Assembly (NCBI GenBank): GCA_051294375.1
Contig: CM119268.1
Location: 14,873,897-14,937,896, forward strand
Reading direction: 5' to 3'
Source: Paraspadella gotoi
Taxonomy: Eukaryota; Animalia; Chaetognatha
Length of the DNA stretch: 64,000 bases
This document shows positions 13,001-27,550 of the stretch, piece by piece. The notes below the pieces were generated by a model. That model saw only the letters and a program-made list of their open reading frames with translations, ran no database searches and was not told where the DNA came from. Position numbers and translations under genes: made by a program. The stretch's first letter is position 1. Each line of letters begins with the position of its first letter.

Positions 13001-15618
13001 CATCTGTGTCATTGTCATGTACTACTTTAAAATCTCTAGTGTTGTCATCTTTTTCTTTCCTCGTCGTTGTCATTGACATCGTCTATATATCGCTGTCGTC
13101 GTCGTCGTCGTCGTCTTCGGCCCCGCTAGTTTTTAGGAGGGCGTCAACTTAGTCGTTGTTGTTGTTTGCGTCATCTCGGTCGAAATACGAGGCGGCGCGA
13201 AGAAAACTTTGGAGGACGTGAGACGCGGGTGAATGAGAGATGAGGAAGTGAGAGGGGGGGAAAGCGTGGATGAAAGATGGAGATCGAAGAAAGTAAGTGA
13301 AAGAGGAGGAAAGTAAGGAAGATGACAGGATGAGCTTCGGTTGTGGATGAGTGCTCCGCAAGAGGCTGAACTCACCCGTGGAGTAGAAGTTAAACAAAGC
13401 GAGAGAACCGGAGCGGACTCGGTTAATGTGCTGGTGCTTACCCGACGAAAGGTTAACAAGTTCTGACTTCTTTCGTTGGGAGCGTCGTTCGACAAACTAT
13501 CTGTGTCGGCTCGTATTTCTTCTTCTTTGGCATGAACATTCCAAAAAAAAAAACATGGCATGCTTTTTCCTGCCAACTTCTAAATCCAGTGGAAGCTAAA
13601 CTATTTTTTCGAAATACAGCTTTTGGCAGATTTTCATTGAAAACCCTCTTGACAAGAATTCCCGTCTTTATATCCACTTTTACATTTTGTCATCTTTTAC
13701 TCAAACTGTCATCGTACTTTAATCTTGCCTTTTTTAGACATCGTCTCTCTTCCCTCTCAAGCTTAATGGGTCTGTCGTCGTAGTCTATCTTTTGTCGTTT
13801 GAGAAGTTTTCATTTTCGAACACCGAGAACGAAAACGACAGCTTAAAGTAGACCTCGTTCGATTTTTTTCTAATTCCCCGATTTTTAGCTCAAACATTTC
13901 TTGTCCCCCCACCCCCCCCCGTCCACACAGCGAGGCTCTGCCTTCCCTTTTCACGCAGCCTTTGTTCGTGAAACTCGGTCCCCTCACACATCGATGATTT
14001 CTCGCCCCAAAAAAAGAACCAGTAATTCTCCATCCGTGTCTCGCTGCCTTTTATGGTGCTCCTCCGCACCATAGACGCGGGATCGAATTTACTGTCTTTC
14101 TTCCAAAAAAAAAAAATTCAACTCTCTCTCTTTCTTCTCCCTTCGGTCTTCCATCGTCGCGCCTGGCAGAGTGGCGCGTCGCGCGTTTTTCAAGTTTCCA
14201 TGAAAAAAAAAGCGAAAAAAAAAAAAGGAAATTCGCATTTGAATCGAGGAAAAGGAGAGAAACGCGCCTTCGATCGAGAAAGAGAAAAAGAAGAAAGGAA
14301 AAAAAATAAGAAAAAGTTGCAGCAGAAAGGGAAAGAAAAGGCTTGTAACACGGAAGGCATAGAAGAAAAGGGTAAACTCGGGAAAAAAAAAGAAAAGTAA
14401 AAGGAACGTGAAAAAAAAATTGAAAGGAACGAGAGAAAGAAAAAAAAAAAATAAACGGAGAAGCGAGGAAAATAAAATTAAAACGAGAGGATGAGAAAAA
14501 AGCGACGGACGCTTTTAAGGCGTCGGGGAAACGGCGCCCGACCCCGGCATCCGGCTGGGGATGGCGCTGCTGAGCGGAGGCTGTAACGTGGCACGCAGGT
14601 TGAGACGCCCGTTCGGCGGGAGACGGAATGGAACAACAAGACAACAGTGACAACAAAAACTAGAGAACGACGACGGATGGCGTTTGTATTTTCCATTCTC
14701 AACCACAGAACATAGACTCAGAAGGCGTGTCGACGTCGTCGTGGTAGAGACGACGTCGTCGAAATGACGTCGCTGTCGTTATATCTTCCGAGGTCGTCGT
14801 TGTAATCTTCTCGTCGTCGTGTCGGTTTTATCGTCGTCGCCTCCGTCATCTTTATTTCAAAAGACCCTTGGACGGCCAAACCGCGCAGGCTTTCCTCCGC
14901 GCTTAAAAAAGGCGCGCGTCCGAGGCGACGGTGTCGGTGATTGCGGCGGCGGCGGCGGAGCGGCGCGCGGCGGCGGCGGCGGCGGCGGCGGCGGCCGACT
15001 GCGTCCGCTTCTTCCTTTCCTTCAAGATTTTTTTTCTCTGCGGTCCGTTGACGTCCCCGCCTCCACCGAAGCCATCAACGCCATCGTCCAGAACTCTCCC
15101 CCTTCGGCCCCACAATTCGCCGACACCATCTCCACGACCGCCGCTTCTCTCGCCTTCGCTTTATAAAGCGACGAAGAAAAAAAAAACCTTTAAACGCGAC
15201 GAAAACAAAGATGAAAGTTGGCGAAACGAGGAAGATGAACTGGACGGAAAGGGATGAATTGACACGAAAATCATTGGTTTTCAACTCGGGAAACTGGACA
15301 GTTGACAATTCTTCTTTAAAATTGAGATTCTCGCAAAAGAAAAAAAAAGGAACAATCTCGAACGGAAGAAATACTATAGAAATACGACAAAAAATAAACG
15401 AGAAAAAAAAAAACTTTAATTACGTTATGTGAAAACTCAGAATAACAAAATATTTATTTGACTTTTGAAACAACTGCATTAGTTTAAATACAACATTAAG
15501 TCAAGAAAATCTTACACTTGGTTTTTGGATGTGAAGAAAAATCTAAGAATCTCAAGAAGAACATTTTGGCATCAAATAGAGAGAAGAGAAAGAGAGAGAA
15601 GAGAAGAGAAGAGAGAGA

Positions 15619-15674
<56 letters not shown>

Positions 15675-16828
15675 AAGAGAGAGAGAGAGAACGACGCGAT
15701 AAAGAAGAGTCGCATTTAAGATGGAACCGACATTTAAGAGAGTCGACGTCAAGCCAACTTCGCGGTGACGTCAGAAATGGTGATGTTAAGTGCTGACATC
15801 GTGTGGCGAAGACGGGATAAAGTCGAGTTTGAGATTGAAGGCTGATAAAACGAGATGGACATCTTAGAAGTCGGAAGGGATTCAGAAAAAAGAGATTTTC
15901 TCCGATGAAAATCGAAAAGGAATTCCTAAAAAAAGGTTATATGGATTCATGGATTCATGGAGACGGTTGTGCAATATTCACTACGTAGTTGTGCTATATT
16001 CAATGAATTATTCAATATGTCGTACTCGAATTCGATTATTGCGTCATACGTGTTTGCATTTTGAGAATTTCATTTCAAATTTCGGTCGTCGTTCATAATT
16101 GATAGTCATACATAAAAAGCCTCTAACGCAATTTTACAGTTTGAGAGGAGACTAGATTGAGATATTCTTTTTGTTTTTCTTCAAATATCTCAATCTCAAT
16201 CATCGGCATAAAATATTGGAAAAATCTCATGGTCAAAACTCGCGCCATTTCATTTCGAAAAAAAATACATATGACTTTGTTAGCTCATAACTGTTATTCA
16301 AAAATATTCTTTGTTGAATCTAAAGTAAATTGAAAGCATCGTCTCTTTACAAGACGCATCTCTTGTCGAGAGGTTGACATCTCTCGAAGTCTCCTGTCAC
16401 CGATGGAAAGAGCTTCTTCGTCGCCGGACTCAATGAAAGGAGATTCTCGGTGAGAGGCTGAGAGCCACTTACCAAGCCGCCGCCTTGGAAAAAAAAAGGG
16501 TAAGTCAAGAAGAAAAGAAGGCTTGACTCATACCCACAAAGACGGAAACCAAAATATAGTAAGAGGGTGAGCCGGCAAAAAATGAAACTGTTAATTATAT
16601 CCAGCTGAAATATGAAATTAAATAGCAAAATCTGTAAAAGAAAAAGTATGCAACGCATTTCGTTCTCAGGTCAATTGAAGTTTTTCATCTTTAGTTTAAC
16701 GAGTTTTTTTTTCTTAGCCGCGGTCGAAGGCATAAAATGCTCGACGTTCCCATTTCAAAAATTCATTATTTATGGCGGGCGTTCGGAATTTACCGGTGTT
16801 CCTCTAAGAAGAGAGAGAGAGAGAGAGA

Positions 16829-16871
<43 letters not shown>

Positions 16872-17576
16872 CGGGAATCGCTTTTCTCGCTCCTGTTTAT
16901 GAGCTCCTAAACTGAAACGACGTTTGAAAAGGGAAAACCTCGTCAAGAAGATGAAACGCCAACGGGAAGGAAAAAAAAGGGTAAGCACACATTCAGAAAA
17001 AGAAATATGTAAAAAAAAAAAAAAACCAAAAAATGTAACGAGCGGTTGGCGTAAGATAACGAAAATAACGAAATTATACTTTGAGAAACAAGACTTCAAT
17101 AATCATAAACTAAATTTCTCGAAAAGAAAAAAATATCAAAAACTTCACTTCGGTTTTTTTTATTTGTTATACTTATTTTTGTTTGCTTTTTTTCCTCGTT
17201 TATTTTTCAAAGAGAACGAGAATTCCTTCAAAGAATTATTTTTTTCTTTTATCTCGAACTCGCTCTCTCTCATCTTTCTTTATCTCTATAACTCCTTTAT
17301 CACCGACTCATTTTGTAAAAATAATTCTCTATCTCGATTTAACCATTTAAAAACAACATTTTTTTCTCCCATCGCCACATTCATCAGAATTGAAGCAGAA
17401 AGAAACTTCCGCTCTTTTTTCCATTTTGCCTAAACATTTATTTCTCTCAAATCAAACGACGAAATTACGCTTATTCATTTCTGTCCATTCCATTCTTTTC
17501 CTTCTCGTAAAGACTTCGACGATCCAGGTTATTTCGAAAATCGAGCACTTGGAAAATGTTGTTGATGTGACGTTTC

Positions 17577-17644
17577 GAGTAGATGGCATCAATTGAGATT
17601 GCGAGTAGAGGCATCAATTAAGATTTAGAGTAGATGGCATCAAA
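17577..17644. repeat. 26-bp tandem repeat, three copies; other copy at about 28277-28345
   Basis: gagtagatggcatcaa core recurs three times. Confidence 0.85.
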
Positions 17645-19107
17645 TTTCACTTTCAGCGAGTGAATTCTCGACATAGGCAGATCACTGAGTTGGACTAAGT
17701 TGCGTCTTTAACTCTTCTTCATTTTATCAATTTATTATTTTTCTGAATCGCAAAATGATCGCTAAACCATCACGCAATATTTCGTTTTTTTCAATATTTT
17801 TTCACGATTCTTCTTCATATTTTAATGAATGGCAATCACAGGAGAAAGGATATCTCATAAATTATGTCATTGACAGTCAGACACGAAACATAATGTTTTA
17901 TTTAAAAAAAAACGACAAAAACAAATTACAAAATTATATAGATATTTTCTGAATTGAAAGGAATCATCCCATTACTGCGAGAAAAATCATAAGGGATTAA
18001 GGGAAAACATAACAAAAAAAATAAAAATGAGTCAAAATTTTGGTTAATATAAGAGATGATAATTATTAGCCATAAATTTAACAATTTATAGTGTTATATA
18101 CTATGACCGTACCATAATCTCCTAATTTGATTCAATTCATATCATTATAGAACCTTTTGTTTCGCTCTCAGTTTATCACCTTTCTTTTATCAGTAGTTGT
18201 GGTAAAGATCAATTTTACAATCTCATCTCTCTCTCTCCTCTCTCCTCTTCTCTCTCTCTCTTCCTTTTGGGAATTCCTTCCCTAAGGGGTTCTCTCTCGT
18301 TTCTTTCATCTCAGAGCGCCTCTCGCCATAATTCACAGAATGTGGCTCTTACGCAGTAGGCTGGATTTTTCAATCGAGTCTCTTTTTTTCTTCCGCCGAG
18401 CATCACGAAACAAGAAAACGCGATTAATCGTTAGAAATATATTCCGGAATATAATCAATAACTGGTTATATTAATTCATGTTACAACTTACAGACAATGC
18501 GTCATTATTGCTTTAATAAGCGAATTTAATGACCTGTCTGTTTCCGTATTAGTGGTTCGTGTTTTTTTGTTTTTTTCTTTTCTTTCGTTCTTCGGCTTTT
18601 TTCTTTTTTTTATTTTCTCCTCCTCCTTCTCCTCCTGCTCATCCTCCTCCTTTTTCCTCCCTCTCTCCAGCATCTTCCAATGAAATCATTTTTTCAGTTC
18701 TTAGTTTCTTCATTGCAAAAGGTTCACAAATTTTCTTAGCCGCCTTTTCAAGTAAAAGGCTAAGCAAATATGGAGTCTCTCTCTCTCCCGTACCATCCTC
18801 TCTCTCTCTCCTCTCTCTCCTCTCTCTCCTCTCTTTCTCTTCTTCTCTTTTCTTTTTTTCTCACGCTTTTCTTCTTTAATTCTCTCACTATCTCTTTATG
18901 CAAAAGCGTTACCTGACCGTCGTGTTGCTCAGGATCTGAAATTTGAATAATCGCTTTGTAAAAAATATGAGATACTCGAAGAACTTCAAGAAAGTGAACT
19001 TAAGTTCGCATTCTATTTCTAAAGATAATTGATTGATGATTGATTGATATGATGATTGAATTGATGATTGATCTGATTGATAATTGATTAGACCTTTTCC
19101 CCTTTAG

Positions 19108-19339
19108 GACGGCGCCGGATTACCCTTGGCCGCAGCTTGTCTCCGCTCCGACAAGCCTGTCGCCCTTCTTAGACAACTGTTACGATTGGCCGACAGGCGC
19201 GCTTCAATGAATTCGACGTGCGGCAGGAACCGCCGCGCAGTCAGCAGCAGCAGGAGGGGAGAAGGAGAATCTGAAAGAGCGGACCCCATCGACCGGATGG
19301 CGAAGAGCAGATGCACGCGACTTCCCTCGTCGCCACAGG
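19108..19339 (+). pseudogene. Frameshifted second copy of CRD exon 3 (probably an assembly duplicate)
   Basis: Collinear with 29848-30095 and has the same splice context, but carries many 1-nt indels; lies inside the 10.7-kb duplicated block. Confidence 0.75.
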
Positions 19340-21775
19340 GTGTGGTTCAATATTTTTTTTTTTTACATTTTAACATTTTCTCTGGGGGGGTGGGGCAAAC
19401 TAGTGCTTTTGCACGTCGATTCTTTCCACTGGTGGTTGACGTCTGCCTTTTGATGTTCTAAATGACCCGCGAACATGGAGATTCCCGCAGTGGGTCGCCG
19501 AAGTAAAATTGGTCTTACAAACATCGTAAAATCACCCCGGAGTCGAAATCCGAGGGCACCCGGCCGAGCCACGCCCCCTTCCTAACGCCGCCGCTATACG
19601 CCAAACCCTGGAAAATTCCGGGAAAAATATATTACCGCGACGCGACCTCTGACGGAACGAAAAAGAGAAAACCGTCGAGAGAAGTCACGTGATAAAGAAA
19701 CATAACGCGATCTAACGAGCGACGACCTGGGTTGTCGAGTCGGGAGTCGTCCGTGTGGAGAGTCGATGTAAACGAGAGGAGGGAGAAGGGAAGGAAACGA
19801 GAGAATCCAGGCGTTGGACGGATCATATTGAGAACGAAGAACAAAATGTAAAATGTACAAAAAAAAATATCTGAATGAAAAGAGGGAGTACTGCGGGGTC
19901 AAACGTCGCGCTAGAAGTTAAAGAATCCTGAAGAATTTTTTTCTTCTGATTAAAGTGGAATATTTGAAATATTAGGGGAAAAAATTGACTCGTCTTCGGA
20001 TTTCTATAAATATATGAAATTTTTTAATTAAGCTTTTTTTTTTTCAAGTTTGGGGTGTTTAGATAGAATAAGACTTTTTTATTTAAGTATCAAAAGTAAT
20101 CGTTATAACGCCAACTGAATCCAAGACGATAACAAACCATCGGGGAAAAGGACACGTAATATAAGGTAGAGTAACGAAATGAAAAACATTTCCCCGCTGA
20201 GCGGTGAACAGGATGAAAGGGGCGATGGAACGGATGCGGAGGCCCGCAAAAAGCGTTTAATCTGAAGGATTTAAATCAGTCGGGAAAAGGAGCATTTAAC
20301 AAGCCTAAAGGAAATAAAGCGGGAGGTAGTCAAAGTGGGTGGCCGGGAAGGGAGTGGGCGTTGACGGAGCTGTCCGCGACAAAAGCTAAACGACTCTTTT
20401 TTTCTCTCTTTTTTTTGCGAAAGCTGGCGTTTCCAATCAAGATTAAAACAATGAATAAATGAATGTAAAGTGGTACAGTGGAATTCGTCGGATGAATAAG
20501 TGAAAACAAATGATGAGTCCGAGTTGAAAAATAATCACACCTTGCATCTCTACAATTTCATTACTTATCTGCCTACAATCACCGCCCTTAACCTTCTTCA
20601 TTCTCTATTCCCTTCTACCCAAGTCCTCCTCCCCCCTTGTTCCTACTTCCTCCTCCCCCATTCTCATTAATTTTCATCCTCGTTTTCTTCTTTTTTTACT
20701 CCATCCCCAGTACACTAGGTCCCCAAACAGAGATTTCCTCTCCCCTTCTCTCCCGAGGGAGGAAGATGATGATGAGGAGAGGCGGGCAGCTGCGAGAAGT
20801 GGAGAAAGGGAGGAAGAGGAAATTCGGAAACACAAACCGCGAAAGGTAGTTCTTTTCAATTTTCTTCTTTTTTTTTATTGTTTCTTTCTTTCTCGAAAGA
20901 GGGAAAATTGATTAAAAATAGTCGTGGACTTCTCTTTTTTTAACGAGTCTTTAAGTTTATAAATACTATTTTATTAAGATTATTTCGAAAAAAGGAAGAA
21001 TTTAGATTTAATTAACAATTTACATATACCGTATTGCGAGATACAATAATAACCGTTATGATTCCTGAAGAAAAAAAAAATTTCACAGAAAAAGTTATGA
21101 AAGTAATCACGAGAATTCCTAATAAGAATTTCATTCCTGCTATGATTTTGCAAATTCTTTCTTACGATTTGTAACAGATATTTATCTCTGTATCTTTGTA
21201 AGGAAAGCTTGAATGAAGAAAGGAGAGAGTAATGCTAAGATATTTCCGCAAGTCATAAGCGAGAATAGAAAATGGGTTCTTTCTTTTTCTTTTCTTTCGC
21301 CTTTTTTTTTTCTTCTCATTACCCAGTTGTGCTCATGTGGCATCCTGGTTCGGTCCTCGGAGCCTTCAGCAAAAGACGACTCTTCATTGGAACAAAGAAC
21401 TCAGGACGAGAAAAGAAAACCTTTTTCTCCCTTCAACCTTTACTAATGCCAAATTCACCTGGCTCATCTATATAGGAAGGAAAGAAAAAAGAAAGCAAGA
21501 AAAAAGAAATAAAGAAAGAAAGAAAACGTGCGAAAGAAGGAAAAAACGTCAACGAAAGAAAGAAAGAAAGAAAGAAAAAAGAAAGAAAAAAGAATAAAGA
21601 AGAAAGAAAGAAAGAAAGAAGAAAGAAAGAAAGACAGAAAGAAAAGAANNNNNNNNNNNNNNNNNNNNNNNNNAAAAAAAAATCTGTCATATCATTCGTT
21701 TCTTATCATAGCGGTCGCCCGTCGTCAGCAATGGATGACAACGCTGACGGCAATGTCGACCGACAACCCATTGAC

Positions 21776-21960
21776 GATGACGACCGACCACAATGACGAC
21801 CGACCAGAATGACACGACCACAATGACGACCGACCACAATGACGACCGACCACAATGACGACCGACCACAATGACGACGCGACCACAATGTACGACCGAC
21901 CACAATGACGACCGACCAAATGACGACCGACCAATGACGACCGACACAATGACGACGACC
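21776..21960. repeat. 16-bp minisatellite (tgacgaccgaccacaa)n, about 12 copies; noisier copy at about 11270-11400
   Basis: Head-to-tail units with no spacers. Confidence 0.9.
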
Positions 21961-22339
21961 ATCAATGACGACCGCCGTGACGACCGACGACGCGGGATTC
22001 GAGAAAATCGAACTCGGAGAAAATTTGTGTCGCCGTTGGGGAAAAATTTATCGGCCTTCGAAGGGAAATGGGGAGGAGGAGGAGGATGAGGAGGAGGAGG
22101 GGGAAGGGAGGGAGTGAGTTAGAAGGGTGGAAAAAGTAGGGACTGATTTGGGATTCAAAGTTGAGCAGATGGTGAATGGGCGTGGCGGGATGCATGGTGA
22201 TTGGCGAAGCGGGTAGGATTGGGGGAAGGATAAGGAAGATCAAGCGTGGGTCTAAGGTATCGCTTCTAAAATAATTATATAATAGTATCTATTTTCTTTA
22301 GATATCTGCCTGCCCTTGATATTGTCTACTTTTTTTTAA

Positions 22340-22610
22340 TAAAATTCTCTCTCACTTCTTTCTCCCTCTCTTCTCTCTGCTTTAAAATTCTCTCTTCTCC
22401 CTTTCTCCCTCTCTTCTCTCTCCGCTTCAAATTCTTTCCTTCTCCCTTTCCTCCTCTCTTCTCTCTTCTTTAAAATCTCTCTCTTCTCCCTTTCTCCCTC
22501 TCTTCTCTCTCCTTTCAATTCTTTCTTCTCCCCTTTCTCCCCTCTTTTCTCTCTCCTTTCAAATTCTTTCTCCCCCCTTCTCCCTCTTCTCTCTCCCTTC
22601 CCCTCCCCCC
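22340..22610. repeat. Pyrimidine-rich minisatellite of about 40 bp; other copy at about 11745-11960
   Basis: Repeating aaattctctcttctccctttctccctctcttctctct units. Confidence 0.85.
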
Positions 22611-23717
22611 CCCGTAAAAAAAAACCCGGTCGTTCCAGAAACAATGTGGAAATTTTCGTCGGCGCCATTTTTCCCTAGGTTTTGTTGTTGTCGTCGTTGT
22701 CGTTGTCGTCGTAGTCGTTATCTACGGCGAAGTGGAAGTCGTCGTTAGAGTCGTCGTTATCGCTGTCGTTAGCATCGTCGTCATCTTCGTCGTCGCTGAC
22801 GTCGTTGGCGTAGAAAGGGGATTGAAAAAATGGACTTCACTGGCAGATCACTGTAATCCGTTTATTGAAGCAAAGTCGACCAACAGGGTTACAGGTAACG
22901 CAATCTTGACTAAGAATCGCCAGACTTTACAATTTTGGTTTTCCATGAGATGAAAATCGGTGAACTTTGGCAAAACAAATATTTAACTACTCATAATAAT
23001 ATGGCAACCAGTAGGAGAACAATAATAAACAACAATAAAACCGGATCTCAATACTTTGTAGTCAAATCGCCTCGCTCTCAAACTCTCGGCCGCGACTCTT
23101 TTCGCATTGTCTCCATCTCCGTCTTTCATTCGATATTCCTTCCACTTTGTACTGAGGTCATTGTCCTCTTCAACCCGAAACCAAAGACCCATTCCCTTCT
23201 TTTTTTCCTCTCCATGTCTCTACCAACGTTTTCGCTCCATGTCCCGCCCATCCTGTTTCTCATTGTCCCGCCCAACCTGTGTCTGGGAACAAACGAAGCG
23301 GAAAATTTGTGTCGTTATCTCCGTCGTCGTCGGCGTTGTCGTCGTCTTTTTTGTCGTCGTCGTGTTGAACTTAATCTTCTTTGTTGACACAGCGTCGGAG
23401 TTGCCGTCGTTTAGGCGCCGTTTTTGTCATCTCGTGACGATCGTTGTCGGCAGCTGAAATCTAAATTTTAATTTTAGTTGATATGTTCGGTGATTGTAAT
23501 TGTTTTACAAATTTTTCCTCAACATGGTTTAAAACCCTGTCCGAACAATGAACGTTGCCAACAAACTTGATCGTAAATGTTTTTCACATTTACGTTGACG
23601 ACTAAAAAAAAACAATCCACCTCATCTGTTGTCATTGTCATTGTCATCTACTTTAAAAACTTCAGTGTTGTCATCCTTTTCCTCGTCGTTGTCATTGACA
23701 TCGTCTTATATATCGCT

Positions 23718-23750
<33 letters not shown>

Positions 23751-26259
23751 TTCGGCCCCGCTAGTTTTTAGGAGGGCGTCAACTTAGTCGTTGTTGTTGT
23801 TTGCGTCATCTCGGTCGAAATACGAGGCGGCGCGAAGAAAACTTTGGAGGACGTGAGACGCGGGTGAATGAGAGAGTGAGGAAGTGAGAGGGGGGGGAAA
23901 GCGGTGGATGAAAGATGGAGATCGAAGAAAGTAAGTGAGAGAGGAGGAAAGTAAGGAAGATGACAGGATGAGCTTCGGTTGTGGATGAGTGCTCCGCAAG
24001 AGGCTGAACTCACCCCGTGGGAGTAGAAGTTAAACAAAGCGAGAGAACCGGAGGCGGGACTCGGTTAATGTGCTGGTGTCTTACCCGACGAAAGGTTAAC
24101 AAGTTTCTGACTTCTTTTCGTTGGGAGCGTCGTTCGACAAACTATCTGTGTCGGCTCGTATTTCTTCTTCTTTGGCATGAACATTCCAAAAAAAAAAACA
24201 TGGCATGCTTTTTCCTGCCAACTTCTAAATCCAGTGGAAGCTAAACTATTTTTTCGAAATACAGCTTTTGGCAGATTTTCATTGAAAACCCTCTTGACAG
24301 AATTCCCGTCTTTATATTGCCACTTTTACATTTTGTCATCCTTTTTACTCAAACTGTCATCGTACTTTAATCTTGCCTTTTTTAGACATCGTTCTCTTCC
24401 CTCTCAAGCTTTATGGGGTCTGTCGTCGTAGTCTATCTTTTGTCGTTTTGAGAAGTTTTCATTTTCGAACACCGAGAACGAAAACGACAGCTTTAAAGTA
24501 GACCTCGTTCGATTTTTTTCTAATTCCCCGATTTTTAGCTCAAACATTTCTTGTCCCCCCCACCCCCCCCCCCGTCCACACAGCGAGGCTCTGCCTTCCC
24601 TTTTCACGCAGCCTTTTGTTCGTGAAACTCGGTCCCCGTCACCACATCGATGATTTCTCGCCCCCAAAAAAAGAACCAGTAATTCTCCATCCGTGTCTCG
24701 CTGCCTTTATGGTGCTCCTCCGCACCATAGACGCGGGATCGAATTTACTGTCTTTCTTCCAAAAAAAAAAAAATTCAACTCTTCTCTCTTTCTTCTCCCT
24801 TCGTCTTCCATCGTCGCGCCTGGCAGAGTGGGCGTCGCGCGGTTTTTCAAGTTTCCATGAAAAAAAAAGCGAAAAAAAAAAAGGAAATTCGCATTTGAAT
24901 CGAGGAAAAGGAGAGAAACGCGCCTTCGATCGAGAAAGGAGAAAAAAGGAGGAAAGGAAAAAAAAATAAGAAAAAGTTGCAGCAGGGAAAGGGAAAGAAA
25001 AAGGCGTGTAACACGGAAGGCATAGAAGAAAAGGGTAAACTCGGGAAAAAAAAAGAAAAGTAAAAGGAACGTGAAAAAAAAATTGAAAGGAACGAGAGAA
25101 AGAAAAAAAAAATAAACGGAGAAGCGAGGAAAATAAAATTAAAACGAGAGGATGAGAAAAAAGCGACGGACGCTTTTAAGGCGTCGGGGAAACGGCGCCC
25201 GACGCCCGGCATCCGGCTGGGGATGGCGCTGCTGAGCGGAGGCTGTAACGTGGCACGCAGGTTGAGACGCCCGTTCGGCGGGAGACGGAATGGAACAACA
25301 ACGACAACAGTGACAACAAAAANNNNNNNNNNGACGACGGATGGCGTTTGTATTTTCCATTCTCAACCACAGAACATAGACTCAGAAGGCGTGTCGACGT
25401 CGTCGTGGTAGAGGACGACGTCGTCGGAAATGACGTCGTCGTCGTTATCATCTTCGAGGTCGTCGTTGTAATCTTCATCGTCGTCGTCGGTTTTATCGTC
25501 GTCGCCTCCGTCATCTTTATTTCAAAAGACGCCTTGGACGGCCAAACCCGCGCAGGCTTCCTCCGCGCTTTAAAAAGGCGCCGCGTCCGAGGCGACGGTG
25601 TCGGTGATTGCGGCGGCGGCGGCGGAGGCGGCGGCGGCGGCGGCACGACTGCGTCCGCTTCTTCCTTTCCTTCAAGATTTTTTTTCTCTGCCGGTGCCGT
25701 TGACGTCCCCGCCTCCACCGAAGCCATCAACGCCATCGTCCAGAACTCTCCCCCTTCGGCCCCACAATTCGCCGACACCATCTCCACGACCGCCGCTTCT
25801 CTCGCCTTCGCTTTTAAAAGCAGACGAAAGAAAAAAAAAACCTTTTAAACGCGACGAAAACAAAGATGAAAGTTGGCGAAACGAGGAAGATGAACTGGAC
25901 GGAAAGGGATGAAGTTGAGCACGAAAATCATTGGTTTTCAACTCGGGAAACTGGACAGTTGACAATTCTTCTTTAAAATTGAGATTCTCGCAAAAGAAAA
26001 AAAAAGGAACAATCTCGAACGGAAGAAATACTATAGAAATTACGACAAAAAATAAACGAGAAAAAAAAAAACTTTAATTACGTTATGTGAAAACTCAGAA
26101 TAACAAAATATTTATTTGACTTTTGAAACAACTGCATTAGTTTAAATACAACTTAAGTCAAGAAAATCTTATCACTTGAGTTTTTGGATGTGAAGAAATA
26201 TCTAAGAATCTTCAAGAAGAACATTTGGCATCAAATAGAGAGAGAGAGAAAGAGAGAGA

Positions 26260-26322
<63 letters not shown>

Positions 26323-27452
26323 GACGCGATAAAGAAGAGTCGCATTTAAGATGGAAGCGACATTTAAGAGAGTCGACGTCAAGCCAACTTCGCGGTGACG
26401 TCAGAAATGGTGATGTTAAGTGCTGACATCGTGTGGCGAAGACGGGAATTAAAGTCGAGTTTGAGATTGAAGGCTGAATAAAACGAGATGGACATCTTAG
26501 AAGTCGGAAGGGATTTCAGAAAAAAGAGATTTTTTCTCCGATGAAAATCGAAAAGGGAATTCCTAAAAAAAGGTTATATGGATTCATGGATTCATGGAGA
26601 CGGGTTGTGCAATATTCATACGTAGTTGTGCTATATTCAATGAATTATTCATATGTCGTACTCGAATTCGATGTATTTGCGTCATACGTGTTTGCATTTT
26701 GAGAATTTCATTTCAAATTTCGGTCGTCGTTCATAATTGATAGTCATACATAAAAAGCCTCTAACGCAATTTTACAGTTTGAGAGGAGACTAGATTTGAG
26801 ATATTCTTTTGTTTTTCTTCCAAAATCTCAATCTCAATCATCGGCATAAATATTGGAAAAATCTCATGGTCAAAACTCGCGCCATTTCATTTCGAAAAAA
26901 ATACATATGACTTTGTTAGCTCATAACTGTTATTCAAAAATATTGACTTTGTTGAATCTAAAGTAAATTGAAAGCATCGTCTCTTTACAAGACGCATCTC
27001 TTTTCGAGAGGTTGACATCTCTCGAAGTCTCCTGTCACCGATGGAAAGAGCTTCTTCGTCGCCGGACTCAATGAAAGGAGATTCTCGGTGAGAGGCTGAG
27101 AGCCACTTACCAAGCCGCCGCCTTGAAAAAAAAAGGGTAAGTCAAGAAGACAAGAAGGCTTGACTCATACTCCACAAAGACGGAAACCAAATATATGTAA
27201 AAGGGGTGAGCCGGCAAAAAATGAAACTGTTAATTATATTCCAGCTGAAATATGAAATTAAATAGCAAAATCTTGTAAAAGAAAAAGTATGCAACGCATT
27301 TCGTTCTCAGGTCAATTGAAGTTTTTCAGCTTTTAGTTTAACGAGTTTTTTTTTCTTAGCCGCGGTCGAAGGCATAAAATGCTCGACGCTCCCATTTCAA
27401 AATTATGTCATTATTATGGCGGGCGTTCGGAATTTACCGGGTTCCTCTAAGT

Positions 27453-27550
<98 letters not shown>

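Noticed and set aside
21776-21960. CRISPR-like array
   Set aside because: Head-to-tail minisatellite with no spacers, in a eukaryotic intron with no cas genes.
22670-25820. Stop-codon reassignment or readthrough in the antisense Asp-rich frames
   Set aside because: Mago ends at TAA at the conserved position, and the recognised exons have no internal stops. Decay or repeat mimicry explains the stops more simply.
25348-25848. Plus-strand 166-aa ORF with a Val-rich transmembrane-like segment
   Set aside because: The VVVV runs are the antisense of GAC repeats; no homology recognised and the frame is broken in the other copy.
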